In this document: positions 24,779-37,098 of the stretch, piece after piece
How positions within the stretch are numbered: the first letter of the stretch is position 1
How the letters are laid out: the number at the start of each line of letters is the position of its first letter
Assembly (NCBI GenBank): GCA_902791895.1
Contig: CADAXN010000001.1
Location: forward strand, 1 to 58,041
DNA from: an uncultured Ureaplasma sp.
Lineage (GTDB): Bacteria > Bacillota_I > Bacilli_A > Mycoplasmatales > Mycoplasmoidaceae
Length of the DNA stretch: 58,041 bases
Reading direction: 5' to 3'
Made by a program: the position numbers and the translations under genes
The notes under the pieces: model-generated
Databases searched by the model: none
Told to the model about the DNA's origin: nothing
What the model saw: only the letters and a program-made list of their open reading frames with translations

Positions 24779-27187
24779 TTAAGCTAAAATGTTAACAATT
24801 TTGTTTTTTATGTAAATAATTTTTTTGATTTGTTTGCCACCAATTGCATTGATTACTTTTGGTTGCTTTTTAACAAATTCAATAATTTCATTTTCAGAAG
24901 CATTAACATCAACTAATACTACATCACGTAGTTTACCGTTAATCATTACTGGAATAGAAATTTCTGATTTAATTAATTTGGTTTCATCAAATTTTGGTCA
25001 AACTGAATTGTAAATAGAATCTTTGTATCCTAACATACTATTTAACTCTTCTGCTAAGTGTGGAGCAAAACAAGATAGAACAATTAGGAAATTGTGTAAG
25101 TATTCTTTATTTAATTTTTCAAGTGAATAACATGAATTAATGAATACCATCATGTCACTAATCGCTACATTTAAATTACCTTTTTCGATATTATGAGATA
25201 CATTTCTAATAAATAAATTGTAAGCATAATCTAGTGTTGCGTTAGTTTTATTGTCTAAATCATTAATCTTTGTTTCAAATAAACGGTATACACGATCTAA
25301 CCATTTTCTTACACCGTTTAATCCTTCTTCTGTCCATGGCAAAGAAGCACCTAACGGCCCCATAAACATTTCATAAAGTCTTAAAGCATCTGCTCCATGT
25401 GTTTTAATAATTTCATCAGGGTTAATAACATTGCCACGAGATTTAGACATTTTTTCACCATTACTACCAAGAATCATACCTTGATTAACAATACGATAAA
25501 ATGGTTCAGGAGTTGGAACTACTTTAATGTCGTATAGGAAATGGTGTCAAAATCTTGAATATAGCAAGTGTAAAACTGCATGTTCTTGACCACCAACATA
25601 TAAATCTACTGGTAATCAATATTTAAACAACTCATAAGCTTCTTTTGAATCTAATGGTAGATATGATTGATCAGGTTTCTTTAACAAGTATCCTAGGTAA
25701 TATCAACAACTACCAGCCCATTGTGGCATAGTATTTGTTTCTCTTACATAATGTTTGCCATCAATTTCAACATTTATTCAGTCAGTTAATTTAGCTAATG
25801 GACTTCTTCCATCATTTGAAGGTTTATAGTCTTCACATGGAGGAAGTAATAGAGGTAAATCTTTTACTAAATGTGGCTTATTATTTTCATCGAAAATAAT
25901 TGGGAATGGTTCTCCTCAATATCTTTGTCGACTAAACAATCAGTCTTTCATTTTGTAAGTAATGTGTTCTTTACCTAACTTGTTTTTAACCAAGTATTCT
26001 ATCATTTTTGATTTAGCTTCTTTATTGTCTAAACCATTTAAGAAATCAGAGTTTATATGTTTTCCATCACCAATGTATGGTAATTTATCATCTGCAACAT
26101 CAATAACTTTGATTATTGGCAATTTGTACTTAGTTGCAAATTTAAAATCTCTTTCATCATGTGCTGGAACAGCCATAATTGAACCAGTAGCATAATCTTT
26201 TAAAATGTAATCACATATGTAAATTGGCATTTTTTGGTTTGTAATTGGATGAAAAGCATAACTACCAGAAAATACTCCAGTTTGAGTTTTTGTATCTGAC
26301 TTTCTTTCTAATTCACTTTTGGATTTAGCATCAATAATATATTGTGAACACTTTTCTTTGTTTCCTGGTGTAACAAATTTATAAGTATCTTCATGATCAG
26401 GAGCAATTGCTAAATATGTTGCACCAAATAAAGTATCAGGCCTTGTAGTAAATACTTGTAAATCACAATTTTGAGTAGTTTTGAAATTAATTAAAGCACC
26501 AATCGATTTTCCTATTCATTTACGTTGAATAGATTTTAAGGATTCAGGTCAATCAATTAAGTTTAAACCATCAAGTAATTTTTCTGCATATTTAGTTATT
26601 TTTAAAACTCATTGACGCATTGGCTTTTTGACAACAGGGAATTCACCACGTTCAGAAACCATCTTACCATCACGATTTAAAACTTCTTCATTTGATAATA
26701 CAGTTCCTAATTTTGCACATCAGTTAACATCAACATCTCTGATTTCTGCTAAACCATGTTCAAATAGTTTAGTGAAAATTCATTGTGTTCATTTATAGTA
26801 TTTTGGATCAGTCGTATCTACTTCTTTGTTGTAGTCATAACTAAAACCTAACATCTTTAATTGTTCTCTAAAATGATCAATGTTTTGTTTAGTGAATGTA
26901 GATGGATGATTATTTGTATTGATTGCATATTGTTCTGCAGGTAATCCAAAAGCATCTCATCCTATTGGATGAAGAACGCTATAACCTTTAAAGTGTCTAT
27001 ATCTAGCTGCTACATCCGTTGCAGTATATCCTTTTGGGTGACCTACATGTAAACCTTGACCACTAGGGTAAGGAAACATGTCTAGTATGTACACTTTTGG
27101 TTTAGTGCGATCTTCTTTAAATTGATATGTTTGCTTTTCATCTCAATATTTTTGTCATTTTTTCTCAATTAAATTGTGATTGTACAT
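24779..27187 (-). CDS. leuS: Leucine--tRNA ligase
   Basis: Fragments 24998..25477, 25940..26230 and unlisted pieces share one frame. ATG at 27185..27187, TAA at 24779..24781. HVGHP near the N terminus, KMSKSRGN. 802 aa. Confidence 0.95.
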
Positions 27188-27261
27188 AATAACTTATTAT
27201 TAATATATTTTATTTACATTATATAATATACTCAATTATTTAATGGTAGAGTAATATCAGT

Positions 27262-27621
27262 ATGAAGATGAATGAAGATAATATAAGCAATAAGTCATTT
27301 TTGGGATGTTTAATTCTTTGCATTTTTTTACTAGTTCATAGATTCTATGTAGGTAAGATTGGAACAGGAATTATTTTTTTGCTAACATTTGGTGGGCTTG
27401 GCATATGGTGATTAGTTGATTTAATCAAAATTATTACCCAAACTTTCACTGATAAACAAGGAAGATATATCGTTTATAACCCTGATACGTTTGTTGTAAG
27501 AACTAGAAATGTTCAAAGTGATGAAGACAAACTACTTAAATTACATGAATTGTATGAAAAGAAAATAATTACAAAAGCGGAATTTGAAAAAAAGAAATCT
27601 GAAATTCTGAGCGGTAAGTAG
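27262..27621 (+). CDS. TM2-domain membrane protein with a C-terminal SHOCT-like motif
   Basis: Absent from the track because of an in-frame TGA (GIWWLVD). Sequence: [58 protein letters not shown]..., ending [33 protein letters not shown] at 27619..27621. 119 aa. Confidence 0.75.
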
Positions 27622-27638
27622 ATAATACTAACAAATTA

Positions 27639-29438
27639 ATGGATAAAAAGTACATACGAAACTTTAGTATTATTGCTCATATTGATCATGGAAAATCGAC
27701 TTTAAGTGATCGTATTATTGAGTTAACTCATGGGCTTGAAAAACGAGAAATGAAGAACCAAGTTCTTGATTCCATGGATATTGAACGTGAAAGAGGAATC
27801 ACTATTAAACTTAATAGTGTTTCTTTGAATTATTTAGATAAAAGAACAAACCAAAAATATATTTTAAATTTGATTGATACTCCAGGACATGTTGATTTTA
27901 ATTATGAAGTTTCAAGAAGTTTAGCTGCTTGTGAAGGAGCATTATTAGTCGTTGACGCTGCTCAAGGTGTACAAGCACAAACAATTGCAAATACTTATTT
28001 AGCGTTGTCAAACAACTTGCAAATTATTCCTGTTATCAATAAGATTGATTTACCTAGTGCTAATGTTGATAAAGCAATTAAACAGGTTGAAGATGTTATT
28101 GGAATTACTAATAATGTCAACTTAATATCTGCTAAAACAGGCGTAGGTATTGAAGAATTGCTGCAAAATATTGTTGATACTATTCCACCACCAAATGGTG
28201 AACCAAATGCTAAATTGCAAGCATTAATATTTGATTCATATTATGATTCATACCGTGGTGTAATTTGTTTTATTAGAGTTAAAAATGGTTCAATTCATGT
28301 TGGTCAACATATCAAAATGATGGCGAATAATAAAGATTTTGTTATTACTGAAATCGGAATTAAAACACCAAAGTTTAAAAATGTTGAGTCTTTAAATTGT
28401 GGTGATGTTGGGTGAATTTCAGCAAACATTAAAACTGCAAAAGACGTCGAAGTTGGTGATACTATTACTGATTTTGAAAATCCTTGTGATACCCCATTAC
28501 CTGGATACAAAAAGGTATTACCAATGGTTTATTGTGGTATGTACCCAATTGACAATACCAAGTACGCTGATTTAAAAGATACAATGATGAAAATCTCATT
28601 ATCGGATTCATCATTAACATATAAATATGAAACTTCAGTAGCTTTAGGTTTTGGAATTCGTTGTGGTTTTTTAGGCTTATTACATATGGATGTAATTCAA
28701 GAAAGAATCATGCGAGAATATAAGATTGATTTAATCTTGACTGCACCAAGTGTAGAATACGAAGTTTTAAAAACTAATGGTGAAATAATTAAAGTTAATA
28801 ATCCAAGTGAATTACCAGATCGTACATACATTAAAGAAATTCGTGAACCATTTGTTAAACTAGAAATTATTACTCCTGAAGAATATCTTGGTGGACTAAT
28901 TAAATTAGCTCAAAATCATCGTGGTATATATCAATCTTTAGATGTTGTTGAAGGAAATCAAAGAAAACTTGAGTATATTATTCCACTAGGTGAAATTATC
29001 TATAATTTCTTTGACAGTTTAAAAGCTGTAAGCCGTGGTTATGCTTCAATGAGCTATGATTTACTAGATTATGAAAAAAGTGATTTAGTAAAAGTTGATA
29101 TCCTTTTAAATGGCAAAAAAGTTGACGCATTAAGTATGATTCTACATCGTGAAAACGCCTATGCTAAAGCAAGAGTGTTGTGTGAAAAGCTAAAAAAGCA
29201 TATTCCACGTCAACAATTTGAAATTCCAATTCAAGCTGTTATTGGTGGTAAAGTAATTGCTAGAGAAACAATTTCAGCAATTTATAAAAATGTACTTGCT
29301 AAATGTTATGGTGGAGATGTTAGCCGTAAAAAGAAATTATTGGAACAACAAAAAGAAGGCAAGAAGAAATTGAAAAATATTGGCAATGTTGCTGTCCCAC
29401 AAGATACATTTATTAAAATCTTAAGCAACGACGAATAA
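27639..29438 (+). CDS. lepA: Elongation factor 4 (LepA)
   Basis: Track ORFs 27639..28415 and 28524..29438 share a frame and are joined by TGA. Motifs: [24 protein letters not shown]. 599 aa. Confidence 0.95.
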
Positions 29439-29498
29439 TTCACAAAAATTTTTATTTTCCTTATTTTTTTTCATTTTATATAAGTGGAGGAAAACAAA

Positions 29499-30113
29499 AT
29501 GTACTCATACTTATATGGAGAGGTTGTCTCTATTAATAAGAAAACAATCACATTTGAGTGTAACAATGTTGGTTATGCTATTTATGTAACAAATCCAAAC
29601 GAATACAGTTTGCAGAAAAAAATTCATCTATATATTTACAGTCAATATTCATTAACGAGCAAAAATAGCTTTATTGATGACATGTATGGATTCAAAACAT
29701 ACCAAGCCAAAGAACTATTTTTATCATTAATGCGTTGTCAGGGAATTGGTGCAAAGACATCATTACAAATCTGTACTAACAATAATGACTTAATACGACA
29801 ATTGATTGTTGATAAAAATGTAGAGGAATTGTCAAAATGTAAAGGCGTTAGTAGCAAAAGTGCAAAAGTAATTATTGACACACTTTATGATTTTTACATT
29901 GCAAAAACAAATATTGATAATTCAAATAGTAAACAAATTACACAATTATTTAGCGCATTAAATTCACTTGGATATAAAGACCAAGACATTCAATATGCAA
30001 TTAGTAAATTAACAGTTAAAAAGAACCCAACAGAAGAGGAATTATCTGATTTAATTACTCAAGCAATCAAAATCATAATTAAAAAAGATACAAATGGCAT
30101 TGAATCTAATTAA
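29499..30113 (+). CDS. ruvA: Holliday junction DNA helicase RuvA
   Basis: The ATG at 29499 (MYSYLYGEVVSINKK) is preferred over the track GTG at 29484, which is itself the GTGGAGG ribosome-binding site. HhH-like CQGIGAKTS. 204 aa. Confidence 0.9.
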   Translation: MYSYLYGEVVSINKKTITFECNNVGYAIYVTNPNEYSLQKKIHLYIYSQYSLTSKNSFIDDMYGFKTYQAKELFLSLMRCQGIGAKTSLQICTNNNDLIRQLIVDKNVEELSKCKGVSSKSAKVIIDTLYDFYIAKTNIDNSNSKQITQLFSALNSLGYKDQDIQYAISKLTVKKNPTEEELSDLITQAIKIIIKKDTNGIESN

Positions 30114-31026
30114 TACTCTTGATGACTTCATAGGCAAAAATGAAGTTAAAGAAAATATTAAAGTTTATATTAACTCTTGTAAACAAGATCATCGTTCATT
30201 TGAACATTGTCTAATTTATGGTCTACCAGGTACAGGAAAAACAACATTAGCCAAAATCATTGCTAATGAATTTCAAACCAAATTAAGGATTGTTCAGGGT
30301 TCAACAATTCAAAAACCAATTGATGTCATCAATGTTTTATTGTCAATAGAAGAAAATGAAATTTTATTCATTGATGAAATACATGCCGTTAATATTAAAT
30401 GTTTAGAACTTTTTTATTCAGCTATGGAAGAAAACAGCTTGGATCTTAATATTGGTAAAGATTTTAATAGTAGACTAACAAGAATTAAATTACCAAACTT
30501 TACTATTATTGGTGCGACAACCATTTATGGTAAATTACCTCAACCTTTAGTTGATCGTTTTGGAATCATTATCAATTTTAATGAATATAGTGAAAATGAA
30601 ATTCGTAAAATTATTGAATTTTATGCCCATAAACTGTGTGTATTGCTCGATAATGAAGAGATAGATTTGATATGTCTTGCTTCAAAGGGAATACCAAGAA
30701 TAGCTTATAAACTTATTCGAAGAATTTATGATTTTAGACTTGATAATAGCAAAATTAAAATTCAGGAAATATTAAAAAAGATAGGTTACATTTACAATGA
30801 ATTTGATATCAATGATTATCTATATCTTAAAGCATTAAGTCAAAATGATGATGACACACTAGGAATAAAAACAATAACTCAAATTATTGGAATCGATGAA
30901 CTTACAATTACTCTAAAAATTGAACCATATTTGTTAAGAAAAAAATATATTGTCAAAACAAATAAAGGCAGAAGAATAACATATGATGGGAAGATGTTGC
31001 TAGAAAACATCAAAAAATGTATTTAA
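30094..31026 (+). CDS. ruvB: Holliday junction DNA helicase RuvB
   Basis: Walker A GLPGTGKTTLA, Walker B LFIDEIH, sensor region TTIYGKLPQPLVDRFG. Overlaps the ruvA end by 20 nt. 310 aa. Confidence 0.93.
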   Translation: MALNLINTLDDFIGKNEVKENIKVYINSCKQDHRSFEHCLIYGLPGTGKTTLAKIIANEFQTKLRIVQGSTIQKPIDVINVLLSIEENEILFIDEIHAVNIKCLELFYSAMEENSLDLNIGKDFNSRLTRIKLPNFTIIGATTIYGKLPQPLVDRFGIIINFNEYSENEIRKIIEFYAHKLCVLLDNEEIDLICLASKGIPRIAYKLIRRIYDFRLDNSKIKIQEILKKIGYIYNEFDINDYLYLKALSQNDDDTLGIKTITQIIGIDELTITLKIEPYLLRKKYIVKTNKGRRITYDGKMLLENIKKCI

Positions 31027-32205
31027 TTATTTAAGTTTTTTTGATGCAATATCAATAATGTCTAATTGAAAGAATTCATTAATCTTGCGTTTAATATATT
31101 CATATTCATCTTCAATAATTTTTTCGCTTTCAACATAATTATCAAAAATCATTGTATTCATTTCGATTTTTGGTTGAAGCATTGATATACCAACACCAAT
31201 TAATCTAATTGTTTTATTTGCGAAATTATCATAGTACATATTTTTCAAAATTTGAACTATCTGATAATAATCATCTAACATTGAAGGTGAAGTATAATTT
31301 TTTGTTGAAATTGTGAAATCTGGATACTTAACATAAACAGATAATCTTCGTCCAGCCAAATTATACGAATTCATTCGAAACAACATTGATTTAGTTAATT
31401 CCTCGATTTTTGTATTAACTTCATCAAGGTTACTTGTATCAAGCAATAATGTCTCACTATTGCTTAATGATTTTGGAACGTTATATGAATGATCTAATTC
31501 ATCATTACCAATACCATGAGCATGAAGATAGTGAACACTCCAATGTCTGCCTAAAACTTGTTTAAGAATTTTGTTATTATTTTTGTCAGCTAAATCTCTT
31601 ATTGTGTCAATTTTAAATTTACGTAAGTTTTTTGAAGAACTAGCTCCTATTAAAAACATATCTTCAATTGGTAAGGGTCATATATATTTTTGTATATCTT
31701 GTTTTGTAAAAATTGGTGTAATGCCATAAGGTTTACGTAAATCACTTCCCATTTTTGCTAAAAATTTATTGTACGAAACACCAATCGAACACTTCAAACC
31801 TACATTTTGATAAAGCAAACTTTGAATCATTTTTGCTAAGTTAATTGCATCATCTTGACTTTTGCATTTGTGTGTAATATCAGCAAAACATTCATCAATT
31901 GACATAATTTCAATGTTGTTAGTTAATTTTTGTCGAATGAAATCAATAAAAATATTTGAGTATCTTACATATTCGTCAAAATGATGGTTAACAATAATCA
32001 AATTTGGACATAACTTCTTAGCTTTAAAATTAGGCATTCCTGCCTTAATACCATACTTTCTAGCAATATAATTAGGAGAAGCAATAACAGAAGCTCTTGA
32101 TGTTCTACCACCAACAGCAATCGGTAAATTCTTAAGCTCAGGATTTAGAACCTCCTCAACTGATGCAAAGAATGCATTCATGTCAATATGTAAAATGTAT
32201 CGCAT
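31027..32205 (-). CDS. dinB: DNA polymerase IV (Y-family)
   Basis: Track ORFs 31027..31659 and 31678..32205 are joined by TGA at 31678..31680. Motifs: HIDMNAFFASVE, SIDECFADIT. 392 aa. Confidence 0.9.
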
Positions 32206-32206
32206 A

Positions 32207-32929
32207 TTATTTTGTTAAATACATTAAGAATTCTGTATTTCCTTTACTGCCTTTTATTGGAGAGAGGATAATTGATTTAATTTTAAACTTTAAAGATTTT
32301 GCATGCTGGCTAACTATATCAATTGCTTTATCTCAAAGTCTTTGTGATTTAATTACACCTTTATATGCCTCAATGATATCTTTCCCTAATTCATATTGTG
32401 GTTTTATAAGTAAAACCATTTCAAATGAATAATCAAATAATTCTGATATTTTGTCAAGAATTTTAGTGATGGAAATAAAAGATAGGTCGGCAACAATTAA
32501 TTCAATTCGTTCCTTAAAAATGCTTGGAGTTACATCTTTGAAATTTGTTTGCTCATATAATTCAATTCTTTTGTTAGCGGATAATTTTTTATCCATTTGA
32601 TTAGTGCCAACATCAATTGCATATATTTTCTTTGCACCGTTAATTAAACAAACTTGTGTGAAGCCTCCTGTACTTGAACCTATATCTAAAACAACTTTAT
32701 CTTTAAGATTGATTTTAAATCTGTTTATTGCTTCAATTAGTTTGTAAGCGCCACGAGATACATATTGTTCATGTTGAATAATGTTGATTTTGTCAATTTC
32801 TTGGACTTGATAATCAACATGTAGCTTAATTTCATCATTAACCAAAACATAACCACGAGATATTAAATCCTGCGCTTTGTTTCGACTAGTAACTAATTTA
32901 TGCTCAACTAAATATTTATCTAATCTCAT
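32207..32929 (-). CDS. tlyA: TlyA-family rRNA (cytidine-2-prime-O)-methyltransferase
   Basis: Track ORF 32333..32944 continues through TGA at 32333..32335 to TAA at 32207..32209. The ATG at 32927..32929 (MRLDKYLVEHKLV, S4-like) is preferred over the track TTG at 32944. SAM motif DIGSSTGGFT. Confidence 0.85.
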
Positions 32930-32951
32930 CTTATTATTTATCAATTATTAT

Positions 32952-33458
32952 ATGAATATAAAATCCAATAAAGGGATGTTTTTAGAAGAAATTATTAATC
33001 GAACTATTTCATATTATTCTTCTAAAAATATAGCGTATTTCGAAAAAAGAAATATCCCATTTAAAATACTAAAAATGATCAACGAAAAAACATTTGTTGG
33101 TTTATTATTTTCTAAGTCAACTGTTGATTATACGGGAGTTTATAAACAAACTCATTATGAATTTGAAGCTAAACAGACTGAAAAAACTACATTTGATTTT
33201 AAGAATTTAAAAAATCATCAATATTTATTCTTAAAGAAAATGTGAGATTCGTTTAATGCATGTTGTTTCTTGATAATTTATATGGCAAAATTTGACAAAT
33301 TTTACCTCATTGAATTTAAAAAAATAGTTGAATATATTCAACTAAACAAAACACATATTATCCATTTTGATCAAATACAAAAATACGGACACGAACTAGA
33401 AATTTATTATCCTGGAATTTTAAATCTAGTTGAGGTATTAGAAAAGATTAAGCTTTAA
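32952..33458 (+). CDS. recU: Holliday junction resolvase RecU
   Basis: ATG at 32952. Track ORFs 32877..33245 and 33270..33458 share a frame and are joined by TGA. Motifs: NKGMFLEEIINRT, VDYTGVY, FEAKQT, NHQYLFL. 168 aa. Confidence 0.85.
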
Positions 33459-34452
33459 TTTCTTTTACAACATTATTTACAAAAGTTTCTGGATTTTCAT
33501 TTTCGTAAAGAATGCTATATAAATGTGAAATTATAGGTGCATCAATCTTGTATTTTCGAATGATTTCGTAAGCTACTTTAGTAGCTCAATAACCTTCTAT
33601 TGTGTTGGCATTAACAACCTTATTAATTTTCTTATAACCTTTTTTGCCAATCGTTAAACCTAAAGAAAAGTTTCTTGATTTTTTAGAAGTACAAGTTAAG
33701 TAAATATCACCAATACCACAAAATTGGTATAGTGTTTCTAATTTTCCACCCATTACTTTTAAGATATAAAATATTTCTTTAGCTATTTGAGCCAAAATGC
33801 ATGATCTAGTGTTAATTGAACTATGTTGTGCATACATAATACCGCTTCCAATAGCCATTACGTTTTTAAGAGCACTAATTGTTTCAGCGCCTTTAACATC
33901 ATCAATTGGAATACACTTAAAATATTTTGTACTAAATATTTTTTGTGTTTCATTTGCAATTTTTAAATCATCTGTGACAGCATTTACAATCGTAATCTTG
34001 TTTTTAAAAACTTCCTCTGCGAAAGAAGGACCGATTAAAGTAACTAATCCTCTTGTTTTTCCTTTGATTAACTGATTAATTGTTGGACTTCATGTTTTTA
34101 ATGTTTTTTGATTAAAACCTTTAGCAACGTTAATATAAATAGGCTTAGTTGTAAATTTGTTTGTCACTTTTGATAGCACATTTTCAATGTGTAATGAAGG
34201 AACAGCAATGATTACAAAATCAGGGTTAAAATTGATAATATCATTAATATCTTTGGATACAATTGATAATGGGCCGCAAAGCTTTTTCTTACCAAAGTAT
34301 TTAGGATTTTTTTGTTGCTTTAAATTTTCAATTTCTTTATCATCAATGCCTCACATTGCAACTGAATTATGATTAGAAATTAAAACATTAGCAAGTGCAG
34401 TTCCTCATGCTCCTGTTCCTAAAATTGCAATTTTTTTAACTGTTCTTTTCAT
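33448..34452 (-). CDS. gpsA: NAD(P)H-dependent glycerol-3-phosphate dehydrogenase
   Basis: ATG at 34450..34452 ([24 protein letters not shown]). In frame with track ORF 33586..33858 across several TGA codons. TAA at 33448..33450. 334 aa. Confidence 0.9.
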
Positions 34453-35779
34453 CTTTTATACCTCTGATTCTTGAATTTTTGTCTTTATAATAAACTGTAA
34501 TTGGAACTTTATCAATACCAAAAGATTCACGAATTAAATTCTCAATAAATCTTGCATATGAAAAATGTAAGTATTTAGGATCGTTTGTAAAAATTACAAA
34601 AGTTGGAATTTGTCCTTGAACTTGTGTAGCATAATGAATTGTTAATCTTCCACCTTTAAATAATGGCGGCGGATTATGCGAAGCAGCACGAACAATAACT
34701 TCATTTAACATAGAAGTATTAACTTTGATATTAATTTGTTCTTGAATTTCTTTAATTAACTTGAATATATTTTGAACTTTTTTATTCTCTTTAGCACTTA
34801 TAAAAACAATTGGTGCTCAAGATAAATATTTAAATTTTGAACGAATTTTTTTAATGTATTCATTTTGCGTATAGTCATCTTTTTTAACTAAATCTCATTT
34901 GTTAACAACAATAATTGTTGGGATGTTAGCTTTGTAAGCTATTCCACCGATAATTTCGTCTTGTTCAGTGAATTCCTCACTACCATCAAAAACGAGTAAG
35001 ATTAGTTTGCTTTCTTCAACGGAAGCTTGCGTACGCATTACTGCATATTTTTCAACTTCATCAATAATTTTACCTTTGCGTCTAATACCAGCAGTATCAA
35101 TAATGGTGTAGTTTTCACCATTGTATTTAAAGTCACAATTTATGCTATCCCTAGTAGTGTTGGGAATTGGTGAAACCAAAACACGATCATCGTTTAAAAT
35201 TGTATTAGTTAAAGTAGATTTGCCTACATTTGGCCTTCCGATAATACAGAATGTTAAACTATCTTTTTTTGTTGCTTTATCTTGTTTAGTTGTTTTTATA
35301 TTTTTGATTATTTCATCTAACAAATCGCCAGTTCCAATACTATGCTCAGCTGAAATGTAAAAAGGCTTGCCAAAACCAAATGAATAGTATGTGTTTTCAT
35401 ATGTATTATCATTATTTTCAGACTTATTAACTACAACGATAACTTTTTTGTTTCTTTTCTTCTTTAGTAATTTTGCGATGAAATAATCATCAGAATTTAC
35501 CATTTCTTTATTTGAAACCATGAAAAGAATTAAATCAGCTTCTTCAATGGCATATTCAACTTGAATTTGAATATTTTTTTGAAATGGTTCATTCTTCAAA
35601 GTAAGACCACCAGTATCAATTAATTTAAATTGTTGACACAATCAATCCACAGTACCATAAATACGGTCTCTTGTTACACCAGGTTCATTTTCAACAATTG
35701 ACTTTCTTTGTCTTATTAAGCGATTAAATAGAGTTGATTTTCCAACATTTGGTTTACCAACTATTGCAACTTTATTCAT
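34436..35779 (-). CDS. der: Ribosome-associated GTPase Der (EngA)
   Basis: Track ORFs 34436..34711 and 34895..35641 share a frame with the ATG at 35777..35779. Two G domains: [14 protein letters not shown] and [14 protein letters not shown]. 447 aa. Confidence 0.95.
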
Positions 35780-36434
35780 TAATTATTTCCTTAAATTTTT
35801 TGATAATCATTTGGGATACTTCTTCAATCGTAGAACCAGTATCGTAAATTGTAAAAGCATCCTTTACTTTAATCAATGGAGAGAATGCACGATGAGTGTC
35901 TTGATAATCTCGATCAATTATCTTTTTCATAACTATCTCATAAGGTTCGTTGCAGTTATATTGTTTTCATCTTCTTTTTGCTCTTAATTTAACATCAGCA
36001 TCAAGATAAACTTTAAGTGTTGCATTAGGAAGAACAACGCTTGTAATATCTCTTCCTTCCATTACACAATTAATACCATTGGCAATTTTTTGTTGGTCTG
36101 CAACACATTTTTCCCTAACTTCTTTAATTGTTCCTATCTTGCTAGCTAATGCAGCAATCTTAGGATTATTTAATTGATCAGTTACATCTTTTCCATTCAA
36201 AAATACAGATTCACCAATTAACTCAACTCTGTTAGATTTTAGAGTTTTCATTACTTGATCAATATCTTCAATACTTACATCATTGTTAATTAATGCTAAT
36301 GAATAACAGCGATACATAGCACCAGTATTGATATATACAAATCCTAATTTTTTTGAAATATCACGTGCAATTGATGATTTTCCCACTCCACTAGGGCCAT
36401 CTATAGCTATTTGATAAACCTTTTTATTTTCCAT
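35772..36434 (-). CDS. cmk: Cytidylate kinase
   Basis: ATG at 36432..36434 ([21 protein letters not shown]). Track ORF 35967..36461 continues through TGA to TAA at 35772..35774. Overlaps the der start by 8 nt. 220 aa. Confidence 0.9.
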
Positions 36435-37080
36435 ACAAAACGCCCCCGATGATAATAACAATTGCAGTTAACAATAATAGAATTATCAATGCTCAAATTA
36501 AACCAATATAAATCTTTTTGTAAGAAACTGACGAGTCAATATTTTCCGAAGTAACTTTATATTTATCAATATTTTCGTTAGAGTTCTCAGAAGTGTTGAT
36601 TGTTTCCATTAATTTTTTTAATTTTTGAATACTTAATGTTTGAAATTCTACAAGATTTTTTTGTGCTTCTTTTAAAGAACGACCAATATTATCGAGTCTC
36701 AAATAATTCTTATCTTGTTTTAATCAACTTTGAGAAATTGATCTGTGATCATCACCGATAATGGAATTATGTTCATAAGAATATATGAAATCAGTTATAT
36801 CAGTTACAATTTTTTGTTTTTTATCATTATTTATCAAATTAGGATAATTTTTTAAACTTTGAAACATTGTTGGATCAACTTGATAAACAAAAGTTAATTG
36901 ATTAACAGTTGGAAAATCACGAATTTGTTCAGACTCATTAATTAAAATGTTTGGATTAAGATCCATTATTTTGTCGTGATACAATTTCACAATCTGCGAT
37001 TGGCTGTCAATATTAGACAAAAAATAGTCTTCATTCAATATCTGTTTTCGATATTCTGCATACTTTTCTATTCTTGTCAT
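36424..37080 (-). CDS. Uncharacterised 218-aa protein with a single C-terminal TM helix (tail-anchored topology)
   Basis: Track ORFs 36493..36702 and 36724..37080 share a frame and are joined by TGA. The C terminus reads [32 protein letters not shown] at 36424..36426 lies inside the cmk start region (11-nt overlap). Confidence 0.65.
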
Positions 37081-37098
37081 AATAAAACCAAATATGTC

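Noticed and set aside
33797-34372. Plus-strand track ORFs 33797..34075 and 34157..34372
   Set aside because: They are antisense to gpsA, whose N-terminal NAD-binding motif and full length I confirmed on the minus strand.
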